Positions 9,057 to 17,236 of a stretch of 64,000 nucleotides of DNA are shown here, piece after piece. This DNA is from Lachnospiraceae bacterium. GTDB taxonomy: Bacteria > Bacillota_I > Bacilli_A > RFN20 > CAG-826. The stretch spans positions 4,578-68,577 of the forward strand of contig CAVILR010000003.1 of the NCBI GenBank assembly GCA_963643725.1. The letters are read 5' to 3'. Each line of letters begins with the position of its first letter. The first letter of the stretch is position 1. Below the pieces are notes generated by a model. That model ran no database searches. It was given only the letters and a program-made list of their open reading frames with translations, and was not told the origin of the DNA. The translations under genes were made by a program, and so were the position numbers.

Positions 9057-10287
9057 TTTTTATTTTCCTCCAATATTCCTTTGCGTTTAGCTCATTTTTA
9101 TTTTCTTGTGGAACATAATATTTTGCATCCTTTAAATCGTTTGGTAAATATTGTTGTTTCACATAATGAGATGGATAATCGTGTGGGTATTTATAATTTT
9201 GCCCTTTCTTTTTTGCGTCTGCACCATCGAAATGCGTATTTTGTAATTGTCTAGGAGTGTCAACGCCTTTCCCATTAGCAATATCCTCGTTAGCTTTTGC
9301 ATAAGCAAGATAAGAGGAATTTGATTTTGGCGCGGTCGCTATTAATATTGTAGCATTTGCAAGAGGTAAACGCGCTTCCGGCATGCCAAGTTGTAAGGCC
9401 GTATCGACACAAGATTTAACAATGCTTATTAATTGAGGATAAGCTAAACCGACATCTTCGTTTACTGAACAGAGCAATCTTCTGGACGCCGCAATTATAT
9501 CGCCGGTCTCTAATAATTTGGCTAAATAAAATATCGCCGCATCAGGATCAGATCCTCTAAGCGACTTCATAAATGCCGATAAAGTATCAAAGTGATGATC
9601 TTGATTACGGTCATAACTAATATTAGCTTTATCTAGCAATTGTTCCGCATCAATCGAGTTAATTGTCTTTTTATCGACTGAAGCATTATATAAAAATTCA
9701 AGATTATTGATAGCTTTTCGCATATCGCCATTAGAGGAAACGGCTATTTTCTTTAATACATCATCTTTGACATCAATATTTAATTTCTTTGTCGCATTTT
9801 TAAGTCCTTCGATGATGTCATCGATTGCTAATGGCTTAAATTCAAAGACCGTAGAGCGAGATAATAAAGCGGGGTAAATATAAAAGAACGGATTCTCAGT
9901 TGTTGAAGCGATTAAAGTGATTGAACCACTTTCGATAAATTCAAGAAGCGATTGTTGTTGTTTCTTATTAAAATATTGAATCTCATCAAGATAGAGCAAT
10001 ATTCCATTTTGTGAAAAAACAGTATTAACATCAGCAATTATCTTCTTGATATCATCAAGCGTTGCAGTTGTCCCATTAAGAGAATAAAAATTCATATTCA
10101 TTGATTTGGCAATGATGTTAGCAAGGGTGGTCTTTCCAACTCCTGGAGGACCGTAGAAAATCATATTCGTAATCTTTTTTGAGGATATCGCACGATAAAA
10201 GACAGCATTTTTGTCTAATAAATGCTTTTGTCCTACGACCTCATCAATAGAAACTGGTCTTAATATATCTGCAAGAGGTTTATCCAT
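9046..10287 (-). CDS. rarA: Replication-associated recombination protein A (AAA+ ATPase)
   Basis: MDKPLADILRPVSIDEVVGQKHLL, Walker A GPPGVGKTT, and an MgsA-type C-terminal region. Confidence 0.9.
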   Translation of the reverse strand: MDKPLADILRPVSIDEVVGQKHLLDKNAVFYRAISSKKITNMIFYGPPGVGKTTLANIIAKSMNMNFYSLNGTTATLDDIKKIIADVNTVFSQNGILLYLDEIQYFNKKQQQSLLEFIESGSITLIASTTENPFFYIYPALLSRSTVFEFKPLAIDDIIEGLKNATKKLNIDVKDDVLKKIAVSSNGDMRKAINNLEFLYNASVDKKTINSIDAEQLLDKANISYDRNQDHHFDTLSAFMKSLRGSDPDAAIFYLAKLLETGDIIAASRRLLCSVNEDVGLAYPQLISIVKSCVDTALQLGMPEARLPLANATILIATAPKSNSSYLAYAKANEDIANGKGVDTPRQLQNTHFDGADAKKKGQNYKYPHDYPSHYVKQQYLPNDLKDAKYYVPQENKNELNAKEYWRKIKNEK

Positions 10288-10397
10288 GTGTTAATGATAA
10301 ATATTATTTTTCATTAATTCAAGGCAAATCCTGGTTAATATCTTTAGATAAGCAATATCTATTTAGAAGAAATGGGCAATTGGTTTATAATCAAACC

Positions 10398-11342
10398 ATG
10401 CTCTATAAAGTTTCAATTATCATCCCTGCTTATAACGCCTCCAAGACGATAAGACAGTGCTTAGATGCATTAATTAATCAAAAAACTAAATACAGTTTTG
10501 AAATTATTGTCGCCTTACGAGAAGGAAAAGATAACACAATATCCATACTTGATGAATATAAGATGAAATATCCATTTATCAAATATGCGATTTTAAGCGA
10601 TGGCTACATTCCAAAATCACGAGTGGAAGGAGCCAAGCTATCTAGTGGCGAATACATTATGTTTTGCGATGTAGATGACACATTTAGTGAAGACGCGATT
10701 GAGACAATGGTTAATGAGATTACAAATTCTCATGTCGATATAGTATCTGCTTCTTATTATGAAGTTTATAAAAACAAAACTAAAAAAGGCATGTTTAGAA
10801 TAAATAAGTTATTAGATCAAAAAGAAGTAATAAAAGGTTTAATGAAGGATACTTATCTAAGAAGTTTCTGTTGGAACAAAATATATAAGGCTTCTTTATT
10901 TAAAGATTATAAATATTATTATCCAAATCAAAATTTTGTTCGCGATGATACATTACTTAATCTCCAAGTTTATCTTCACGTAAATAAATTAAAAATAATA
11001 AAAAAGCCTATTTATTATTACGATAAGCGGTTTGAATCGACGACAAATAATATCGATAAAAGTCGATTCACATGGCTATTAAATATCTTTGCCTTAGAAC
11101 GTTATTATCTAGAGAAGAATAAGCCAGAATATCTATCGTTGTTTTATAGACTAAAAATAAGGCGAAAAATCATCACATTTCTAGAAAAATGTATAGTTAA
11201 AAGCTACTATACAAAGGACGAATTTAAAACTCTTAAAACTGAAGGTAGAAAATATCTTAAAATCATCAATAAAAAAGGCGAGTTAGAAATAAATAACACG
11301 CCTTGGGATAATCTAATTAAAGATATAGAAAACGCCGATTAA
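10398..11342 (+). CDS. Glycosyltransferase family 2
   Basis: VSIIIPAYNAS and CDVDD motifs. The ATG at 10398 is preferred over the TTG at 10380. Confidence 0.8.
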   Translation: MLYKVSIIIPAYNASKTIRQCLDALINQKTKYSFEIIVALREGKDNTISILDEYKMKYPFIKYAILSDGYIPKSRVEGAKLSSGEYIMFCDVDDTFSEDAIETMVNEITNSHVDIVSASYYEVYKNKTKKGMFRINKLLDQKEVIKGLMKDTYLRSFCWNKIYKASLFKDYKYYYPNQNFVRDDTLLNLQVYLHVNKLKIIKKPIYYYDKRFESTTNNIDKSRFTWLLNIFALERYYLEKNKPEYLSLFYRLKIRRKIITFLEKCIVKSYYTKDEFKTLKTEGRKYLKIINKKGELEINNTPWDNLIKDIENAD

Positions 11343-11353
11343 TTCGGCGTTTT
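11329..11353. terminator. Bidirectional rho-independent terminator (GT2 / fba)
   Basis: Perfect 10-bp stem aaaacgccga / tcggcgtttt with loop ttaat. A-run and T-run flanks serve both strands. Confidence 0.8.
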
Positions 11354-11359
11354 AGTTAT

Positions 11360-12331
11360 TTAGATTTTATCGTTAGAACCTAACACTTCACGAATCTTGT
11401 GCTCAACAAGTTGTTTAACATAAGCACGACCATCGCCGATATATTGACGTGGGTCGAAGTGTTCTGGATGCTCGTCAAAGTGCTCGCGAATTCCGGCAGT
11501 CATAGCAAGGCGGAGATCGCTATCGATGTTAATCTTGCAAACCGCCATTGAGGCCGCTTTACGGAGTTCATCTTCAGGGACGCCAACCGCATCAACTAAT
11601 TTGCCGCCGTGAGCATTGATGATTTTCACATATTCTTGGTTAACTGAACTTGAACCGTGTAAAACGATTGGGAATCCAGGAAGACGTTTGCTAACTTCTT
11701 CAAGAATATCAAATCTTAATGGAGGTGGAACAAGGACTCCATCTTTATTACGAGTGCATTGTTCTGGTTTAAATTTATAAGCGCCATGGCTTGTACCAAT
11801 TGCAATAGCCAAACTATCAACACCTGTTCTACGAACGAATTCTTCGACTTGTTCAGGACGAGTATATGATTCGTTACCATGTTCAACCTTAACATCATCT
11901 TCAATACCTGCTAATGTACCAAGTTCGGCTTCGACAGTAACGTATGGCTTATGAGCGTGAGCGTATTCAACAACTTTTCTTGTGATAGCAATATTTTCTT
12001 CGAATGGTTTGCTCGATGCATCGATCATAACCGAGGTGAAACCACCATCGATACAATCTTTACAAATTTCAAAATCTGCACCGTGGTCGAGGTGTAGGAC
12101 AATTGGTAATCCTGTTTCTTCAACAGCCGCTTCAACCATGTGTTTTAGATATGCTGGTTTAGCATATTTTCTTGCACCAGCGGAAACTTGAAGGATAACT
12201 GGTGAATTGCATTCTTTTGCAGCTTCAGTAATCGCTTGAACAATTTCCATATTGTTGCAGTTAAAGGCTCCGATGGCGTATCCGCCTTTGTAGGCCTTTT
12301 CAAATAATTCTTTAGTATTTACTAATGGCAT
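11360..12331 (-). CDS. fba: Class II fructose-1,6-bisphosphate aldolase
   Basis: MPLVNTKELFEKAYKGGYAIGAFNCNNME..., LHLDHG and GTSHGAYKF motifs. Confidence 0.95.
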   Translation of the reverse strand: MPLVNTKELFEKAYKGGYAIGAFNCNNMEIVQAITEAAKECNSPVILQVSAGARKYAKPAYLKHMVEAAVEETGLPIVLHLDHGADFEICKDCIDGGFTSVMIDASSKPFEENIAITRKVVEYAHAHKPYVTVEAELGTLAGIEDDVKVEHGNESYTRPEQVEEFVRRTGVDSLAIAIGTSHGAYKFKPEQCTRNKDGVLVPPPLRFDILEEVSKRLPGFPIVLHGSSSVNQEYVKIINAHGGKLVDAVGVPEDELRKAASMAVCKINIDSDLRLAMTAGIREHFDEHPEHFDPRQYIGDGRAYVKQLVEHKIREVLGSNDKI

Positions 12332-12453
12332 TGATTTTGCCTCCTCTATTTAAATACGTATATATTTTATATACTTCGTGGAAAAATTAAATAATTTTTT
12401 CGCTAATCTAAGTCGTTGAATGCGTTTTCAATTGGCGAATAATTAACACAATG

Positions 12454-12482
12454 TTGCTCAAAATATAAAACTTCATTAAAAT
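12454..12482 (+). promoter_or_regulatory. Putative promoter (TTGCTC, 17-nt spacer, TAAAAT) for the isochorismatase-family gene
   Basis: Hexamers at 12454-12459 and 12477-12482. GAGGT SD at 12489-12493, ATG at 12501. Confidence 0.45.
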
Positions 12483-12500
12483 GAAATCGAGGTAAAAACT

Positions 12501-13055
12501 ATGGAAAAATATGCTGTATTAGTAGTTGATATGTTAAATGATTTTGTTACCGGTGCATTAAAATGCGAACGCGGTGAAAAAATCGTTCCTTCGTTAGCTC
12601 ATTTCTTAGATGAGACTAGAAAGAATAATGTTCCTGTTATATTCTGCAATGATGCTCATTTAAAAGGCATCGACCACGAATTCAAGGTTTGGGAAGAACA
12701 CGCGATTAAAGGAACCAAAGGAGCGGAGGTTATTCCTGAACTTAAACTCGATGAAAATGTTGATTATGTTGTTCCTAAACGCCGTTATAGCGGTTTCTTC
12801 CACACCGACTTAGATTTATTACTAAAGGAATTAGGCATTACATCAGTCGTTATGTGCGGACTTCATACTCATATGTGCGTTCGCCACACTTCCGCGGATG
12901 CATTTCAACTAGGCTATAACATCGTCGTTAACAAAGAAGGAACTGATGCCTTTACTAAAGAAGATTATGAAAGCGGGCTCAGTTATTTAAAGACTGTTTA
13001 CGGGGCCAAAATTCTCTCAGCCAACGAAATAATCGAGTTGTTCAAAAATAAATAA
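12501..13055 (+). CDS. Isochorismatase-family cysteine hydrolase (nicotinamidase-like)
   Basis: VLVVDMLNDF (Asp), PKRRYSGF (Lys) and VVMCGLHTHMCV (Cys) form a triad layout. Confidence 0.8.
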   Translation: MEKYAVLVVDMLNDFVTGALKCERGEKIVPSLAHFLDETRKNNVPVIFCNDAHLKGIDHEFKVWEEHAIKGTKGAEVIPELKLDENVDYVVPKRRYSGFFHTDLDLLLKELGITSVVMCGLHTHMCVRHTSADAFQLGYNIVVNKEGTDAFTKEDYESGLSYLKTVYGAKILSANEIIELFKNK

Positions 13056-13066
13056 AATAGAAGATT

Positions 13067-13116
13067 AACAATCAATTTCGCCACGAATTGCCAAGAAATT
13101 GGTTGTTTTCTTTTTG
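13067..13116 (+). terminator. Rho-independent terminator
   Basis: 13-bp stem aacaatcaatttc / gaaattggttgtt (one mismatch), followed by ttctttttg. Confidence 0.7.
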
Positions 13117-13193
13117 CTGGCATTGATAAGTAATTAGTCTTAACTATGTAATATTTTTTAGATGACTTAAAATAATATTAACGAGGTTAAAAT

Positions 13194-14042
13194 ATGGATA
13201 TCTATTCATTAATTGCATCGCTTAAAAATAAAGGAGAAGATGCTTATCTAGTAACAGTTACCGATAAAAGCGGTATGGCTCCATCAGATGTTGGGAAAAA
13301 GATGGTCGTTTTGTCTAACGGTGAATCATTTGGTACGATCGGCGGAGGAGCTATTGAGCATTATGCGATAGAGAAATGCAAAAACTCATTTATAGATAGA
13401 ACCTCATTTAGTGAAAAATATCTTCTTATGGATAAAGATGTCCAAGTAGATAATGATGAAGTAAAACTTGAAATGGCATGTGGAGGAAAAGCAACACTTT
13501 TCTATGAATTCATCGGCCCTAAACAACATGTATTCGTTTTTGGCGCCGGCCACTGCGGCAAAGCATTATGCGCTTTACTTAAACCAATAAATTTCCATGT
13601 TACTGTTATTGATAACCGACAAGAATTACTCGATGAAATCAAAGATAACGCCGATGAAATTAAATGCATAGAATTCGATAAATTTGTAAGTGATAATGTT
13701 ACTAAATTAAATAATTCCTATATAGTTGTTGCCACGCCAAGTCATAAATATGATTATGAAGTGCTAGATAAGATTTTTGCATTGCATATTAAGCCCGCTT
13801 ATTTTGGTATGCTATGTAGCAAGAAAAAAATAAGTGATTATTTATCAAAAATATATGACCAGTATGGCAAAGATGTTGACCTATCAAACTTCTATTCGCC
13901 AATTGGTTTAAATTTAGGCGGTGATTCGCCAGAAGAAATTGCCGTTTCAATCGTAAGCGAAATATTATCAATATATTATAAAAAAGATAAGTTAATGCAC
14001 ATGCGAGATAAGATTAATAACTGCAATAAATCTTGTGACTAG
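13194..14042 (+). CDS. XdhC/CoxI family accessory protein
   Basis: N-terminal XdhC_CoxI-like AYLVTVTDKSGMAPSDVGKKMVV...GTIGGGAIE and Rossmann segment HVFVFGAGHCGKAL. Confidence 0.75.
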   Translation: MDIYSLIASLKNKGEDAYLVTVTDKSGMAPSDVGKKMVVLSNGESFGTIGGGAIEHYAIEKCKNSFIDRTSFSEKYLLMDKDVQVDNDEVKLEMACGGKATLFYEFIGPKQHVFVFGAGHCGKALCALLKPINFHVTVIDNRQELLDEIKDNADEIKCIEFDKFVSDNVTKLNNSYIVVATPSHKYDYEVLDKIFALHIKPAYFGMLCSKKKISDYLSKIYDQYGKDVDLSNFYSPIGLNLGGDSPEEIAVSIVSEILSIYYKKDKLMHMRDKINNCNKSCD

Positions 14043-14153
14043 TTTGTTCAAATTTCGCAATTTAGAATTTAAATCACAAAACAATCACTGATAATGAACC
14101 AACTGTTTTAGCATTGTTATTTCACGTTTTGCCCTTTTTGAGAAATAATTTGC

Positions 14154-14308
14154 GTTGTTTAGCGTTGTCGAGTGTTGTCAAAAATGCCAATTTGTTGTCT
14201 AAATAGCAAAAATGTTGTCAGGCGTTGTCGAGTGTTGTTGAGTGTTGTTGAATGTTGTCAAATGTTGTTGGAAACACTAATTTGTTGTTGAAAAGGCAAA
14301 AATGTTGT
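14154..14308. repeat. Strictly 10-bp-phased array of 12 GTTGT cores (consensus decamer ARTGTTGTYR)
   Basis: GTTGT starts at 14154, 14164, 14174, 14194, 14214, 14224, 14234, 14244, 14254, 14264, 14284 and 14304, all in the same decamer register. The four empty slots are related to one another (aaaatgccaa, aaatagcaaa, gaaacactaa, aaaaggcaaa). No ORF, and the period is not a multiple of 3. Confidence 0.9.
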
Positions 14309-14635
14309 CAAAAAATTGTTAGAAACGAACTGAAATATGAATAGAAATTAAACACTTCATTCAAACCGCGTTGTCTAATCATTTTGCTCGAAAAAATCAT
14401 CGTGCTTAGTATTTGATTCTGAAGGAAACAATAGAAAATTATTAAATAAGAAACATCTTATTAATTTTTCAACATATTAATAGGCACAATGAAAATACCT
14501 TCTTTAGTGGTATAAGCAGGACCGCACGCGGTGATAATCATGCAGAAACTAGGTTCCTTTCGATTATTTTGTTTAATTCTATTTTTCAAATTAGTAAAGG
14601 TTGAAATATTATTAGAGATCTCTTGTCAATAAAAA

Positions 14636-14680
14636 TCCCCCACTTTCTTTTACATATTTTCCCCCCACTTTCTTTTACAT
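14636..14680. repeat. Tandem direct repeat, 2 x ~20 bp (TCCCCCACTTTCTTTTACAT)
   Basis: Copy 1 at 14636-14655 and copy 2 at 14660-14680 (one extra C), separated by ATTT. About 120 bp downstream of the tRNA-Ala 3' end. Confidence 0.85.
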
Positions 14681-14744
14681 GGACTGGTAGCCTAAAAGTA
14701 GACACACAGCATACAATTCAGCCTTTACGAAAATGTGGAGAACC

Positions 14745-14790
14745 CAAAATAAAAAGGCTGTTCACTACGTTATGTTTCCTAACAGCCCTT
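14745..14790 (-). terminator. Terminator downstream of tRNA-Ala (also usable on the + strand)
   Basis: Stem ggctgtt (14756-14762) / aacagcc (14781-14787) with an 18-nt loop. On the minus strand it is followed by TTTTTATTT. Confidence 0.5.
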
Positions 14791-14800
14791 TTTATCAAAA

Positions 14801-14876
14801 TGGTGGATCTGACCGGGATCGAACCGGCTACCTCCTCGTTGCGAACGAGGCGCTCTCCCAGATGAGCTACAGACCC
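14801..14876 (-). tRNA. tRNA-Ala (anticodon CGC)
   Basis: The reverse complement GGGTCTGTAGCTCATCTGGGAGAGCGCCTCGTTCGCAACGAGGAGGTAGCCGGTTCGATCCCGGTCAGATCCACCA folds as a 76-nt cloverleaf. It has the G3:U70 Ala identity pair, anticodon loop TTCGCAA, a GTTCGATC T-loop and an encoded CCA. Confidence 0.9.
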
Positions 14877-14887
14877 AAGCGCATTTA

Positions 14888-14916
14888 ATTAAATAACAAT
14901 CTATCATATTTTTCAA
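14888..14916 (-). promoter_or_regulatory. Putative tRNA-Ala promoter (TTGAAA, 17-nt spacer, TTTAAT)
   Basis: Minus-strand hexamers at 14916-14911 and 14893-14888. tRNA position 1 lies 11 nt downstream of the -10. Confidence 0.35.
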
Positions 14917-14958
14917 GATTGACGATGAGAAATGATAACATTCGTCTCATCTTTAAAG

Positions 14959-14964
14959 TAGAAT
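14959..14964 (+). promoter_or_regulatory. Candidate -10 box (TAGAAT) placing the transcription start at or near the polymerase ATG
   Basis: TAGAAT ends 6 nt before the ATG at 14971 and no SD is present. The -35 is poor. Confidence 0.3.
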
Positions 14965-14970
14965 TATTCC

Positions 14971-16215
14971 ATGGCAAATGTGGTCGCGGTTATGGACATG
15001 AAAGCATTTTATGCTTTTTTTGAATGCGTAGAACGTAATCTCAACCCCTTTACTACTCCGCTTGTGGTTTGCGATACATCTAGAGGTGAAGGAACAATTG
15101 TTTTATCAGTTAGTCCGTATCTAAAACAGTTAGGTGTTCCATCAAGATGCAGAAAGCGTGAACTCCCTAATATTGATGGCATGATTTTTGCGACACCTCA
15201 AATGCAAAAATATGTTGAAAAATCTGCGGAAATCGTGGCAATTGTCCTCGATTTTGTCGGTGAAGACGATATTCATGTCTACTCAATTGACGAGCTTTTT
15301 ATCAACCTCGGGCCTTATCTAAAAATGTATAATTGCACCCCTCGACAACTAGTGATGAAAATTCAAAAAGCCATTCTTGATAAAACCCATCTAGTAGCCA
15401 CGGCTGGGATAGGAGATAATATGCTCCTAGCAAAGCTCGCTCTCGATTTAGATGGTAAGAAAAGACCGCCATACATCGCCCAATGGAATAAAAATAGTAT
15501 CAAAACGAAACTATGGCCTATTTCACCATTGTCAAAGATGTGGGGAATATCAGTTAATTATGAACGAAAACTCAATAATCTAGGAATATATACTGTTGGA
15601 GAATTAGCTAATGCACCAAAAGAATTATTAAAAAATAAATTTGGCGTTATCGGCGAACAACTTTGGGAACACGCCAACGGAATCGACAATACAAATATAC
15701 GAGAAAAATATCATCCAAAAGAGACGAGTTTCTCATTAGGTCAAGTTCTCCACGAAGATTATAGAAGCTCTGATGCTAAACAATTAATCATGGAAATGAA
15801 TGACGATTTGGCAAAAAGGCTACGCGACCATCATCTAAAGACGAAATCTGTTTCCTTATCAATTGGTTTTGACTATGATACCGGCGGAGGATTTTCCCAT
15901 CAAACCAAACTCGACTATCCAACAGATGATACGAAGAGTCTGTGCAACGAATTGATTCAACTTTTTGATATGTATATTGAAAATCATTTAACGCGAGCAA
16001 TCTATATTAGTTATGGTTCACTAGTTGAAAGCGAGTATGACCAATTATCTCTATTTGAGGATAGCGATGAACAACTCGAAAGAAAGAATCTTCAAAAAGC
16101 CCTTGATTTAATCAAAGATAAATATGGCGATAATATCGTATTAAGAGGATCATCATTACTTGAAAAAAGTACAGCAAAAGAAAGGCATAACCAAATTGGA
16201 GGACATAAAAAATGA
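14971..16215 (+). CDS. Y-family (translesion) DNA polymerase, UvrX/YqjW/ImpB-like
   Basis: VMDMKAFYAFFECVERN and YSIDELFINL catalytic motifs. 414 aa. Confidence 0.9.
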   Translation: MANVVAVMDMKAFYAFFECVERNLNPFTTPLVVCDTSRGEGTIVLSVSPYLKQLGVPSRCRKRELPNIDGMIFATPQMQKYVEKSAEIVAIVLDFVGEDDIHVYSIDELFINLGPYLKMYNCTPRQLVMKIQKAILDKTHLVATAGIGDNMLLAKLALDLDGKKRPPYIAQWNKNSIKTKLWPISPLSKMWGISVNYERKLNNLGIYTVGELANAPKELLKNKFGVIGEQLWEHANGIDNTNIREKYHPKETSFSLGQVLHEDYRSSDAKQLIMEMNDDLAKRLRDHHLKTKSVSLSIGFDYDTGGGFSHQTKLDYPTDDTKSLCNELIQLFDMYIENHLTRAIYISYGSLVESEYDQLSLFEDSDEQLERKNLQKALDLIKDKYGDNIVLRGSSLLEKSTAKERHNQIGGHKK

Positions 16216-16553
16216 GTGACCGTGGAATGAAGAAATGGGCACCGTTTTCCTCACTAATTGAGCAAGCGACATGCCTAGAGAAAATGCGTTATGAGAAAAA
16301 TAAAATTGAAAAACCAAAAATCTCAAGTGACGTTGCTCAAAAAATAAATTTCATTCTCTTAAATTGTCTAGGCGAAGAGATAACTGTAGTTTTTTTCTAT
16401 AATGGATATCTTTATACGATTAAATCGAAATTATTAAAAGTGAATAAAGTAAAGAAGAGTATCGAATTAAATGATGGCGAAATCTTCTTAAAAGATATAA
16501 TTGATCTAAATTGTGAAAATTATTCCAATAAAATAGATGATTTTATTAGTTAA
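16212..16553 (+). CDS. YolD-like protein (accessory partner of Firmicute Y-family polymerases)
   Basis: RGMKKWAPFSSL motif, 113 aa. ATGA start/stop overlap with the polymerase gene. Confidence 0.75.
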   Translation: MSDRGMKKWAPFSSLIEQATCLEKMRYEKNKIEKPKISSDVAQKINFILLNCLGEEITVVFFYNGYLYTIKSKLLKVNKVKKSIELNDGEIFLKDIIDLNCENYSNKIDDFIS

Positions 16554-16669
16554 TATATTGAGCGTATGATACCTCTTGAGATGATGTGCCCCCCTTACTT
16601 CTTCATCACCTCAAGAAGTAACTGCTCGTTTTATATAAATATAATTTGTCATTTGGCATAATAATAAAG

Positions 16670-17236
16670 ATGAAAATTTCAGTAGAAAAAGCATTATTAA
16701 AACTCCAAGATGGCGACACTAACGCTCTCGCGGATATTTATGATGCGACTAGTCGAGGCGTCTTCACATTCATTCTTCCAATAGTTAAAGACTACGCTCT
16801 TGCGGAAGATGTTATGGAACAAACCTATATCGCTATCTATGAGAAAATCAATCTTTATAAACCTAAATCAAATGGTCGAAACTGGATTCTTACAATCGCT
16901 AAAAATCTAGCAATTAATGAGTTCAATAAGAACAAAAAATATGTCGACTATGACTACAACGAAGAAAAGGTTATTCCTGAAGGATTATATTCACTTGATG
17001 ATAGTTTAGACACGCCGACAATTAAATTAGCAAACGAAATATTAAGCGAAGAAGAATTCAATATTCTCATCATGTACACAATCGGTGAATACAAACATCG
17101 TGAAATTGCAGAATTACTACATTTACCATTAGGCACTGTTACATGGAAATATAAAAATGCTCTGCAAAAACTTAGAGATGAACTAAATAAGAGGGAGACA
17201 AATGAAGCGAAACGACTTAGAGAAGAAAATCGTTAA
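16670..17236 (+). CDS. Sigma-70 family (ECF-type) RNA polymerase sigma factor
   Basis: Region 2 (AEDVMEQTYIAIYEKINLY...WILTIAKN) and region 4 HTH (REIAELLHLPLGTVTWKYKNALQKLR). The ATG at 16670 is preferred over the TTG at 16646. No SD. Confidence 0.8.
   Translation: MKISVEKALLKLQDGDTNALADIYDATSRGVFTFILPIVKDYALAEDVMEQTYIAIYEKINLYKPKSNGRNWILTIAKNLAINEFNKNKKYVDYDYNEEKVIPEGLYSLDDSLDTPTIKLANEILSEEEFNILIMYTIGEYKHREIAELLHLPLGTVTWKYKNALQKLRDELNKRETNEAKRLREENR

Noticed and set aside
14636-14680. Possible CRISPR array
   Set aside because: There are only two repeat copies separated by 4-5 nt, with no spacers of 25-40 bp and no cas genes anywhere in the window.
14623-14865. 80-aa ORF in the ORF track (MSIKIPHFLLHIFPPLSF...)
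   Set aside because: It runs through the 20-bp direct repeats, the terminator hairpin and the antisense strand of tRNA-Ala. It has a TTG start, no SD and low-complexity content, so it is almost certainly not a gene.
14933-14948. LexA/Cheo box upstream of the Y-family polymerase (ATAACATTCGTCTC)
   Set aside because: It differs from CGAACRNRYGTTYC at several key positions in both half-sites (TAAC for GAAC, GTCT for GTTC). It is too weak to call without a matrix scan.
16616-16640. Shared 11-mer AAGTAACTGCT upstream of the sigma gene and in the secA 5' region (about 26120)
   Set aside because: A single 11-mer coincidence is expected many times over in a window this size. The orientation relative to the downstream gene differs between the two sites.
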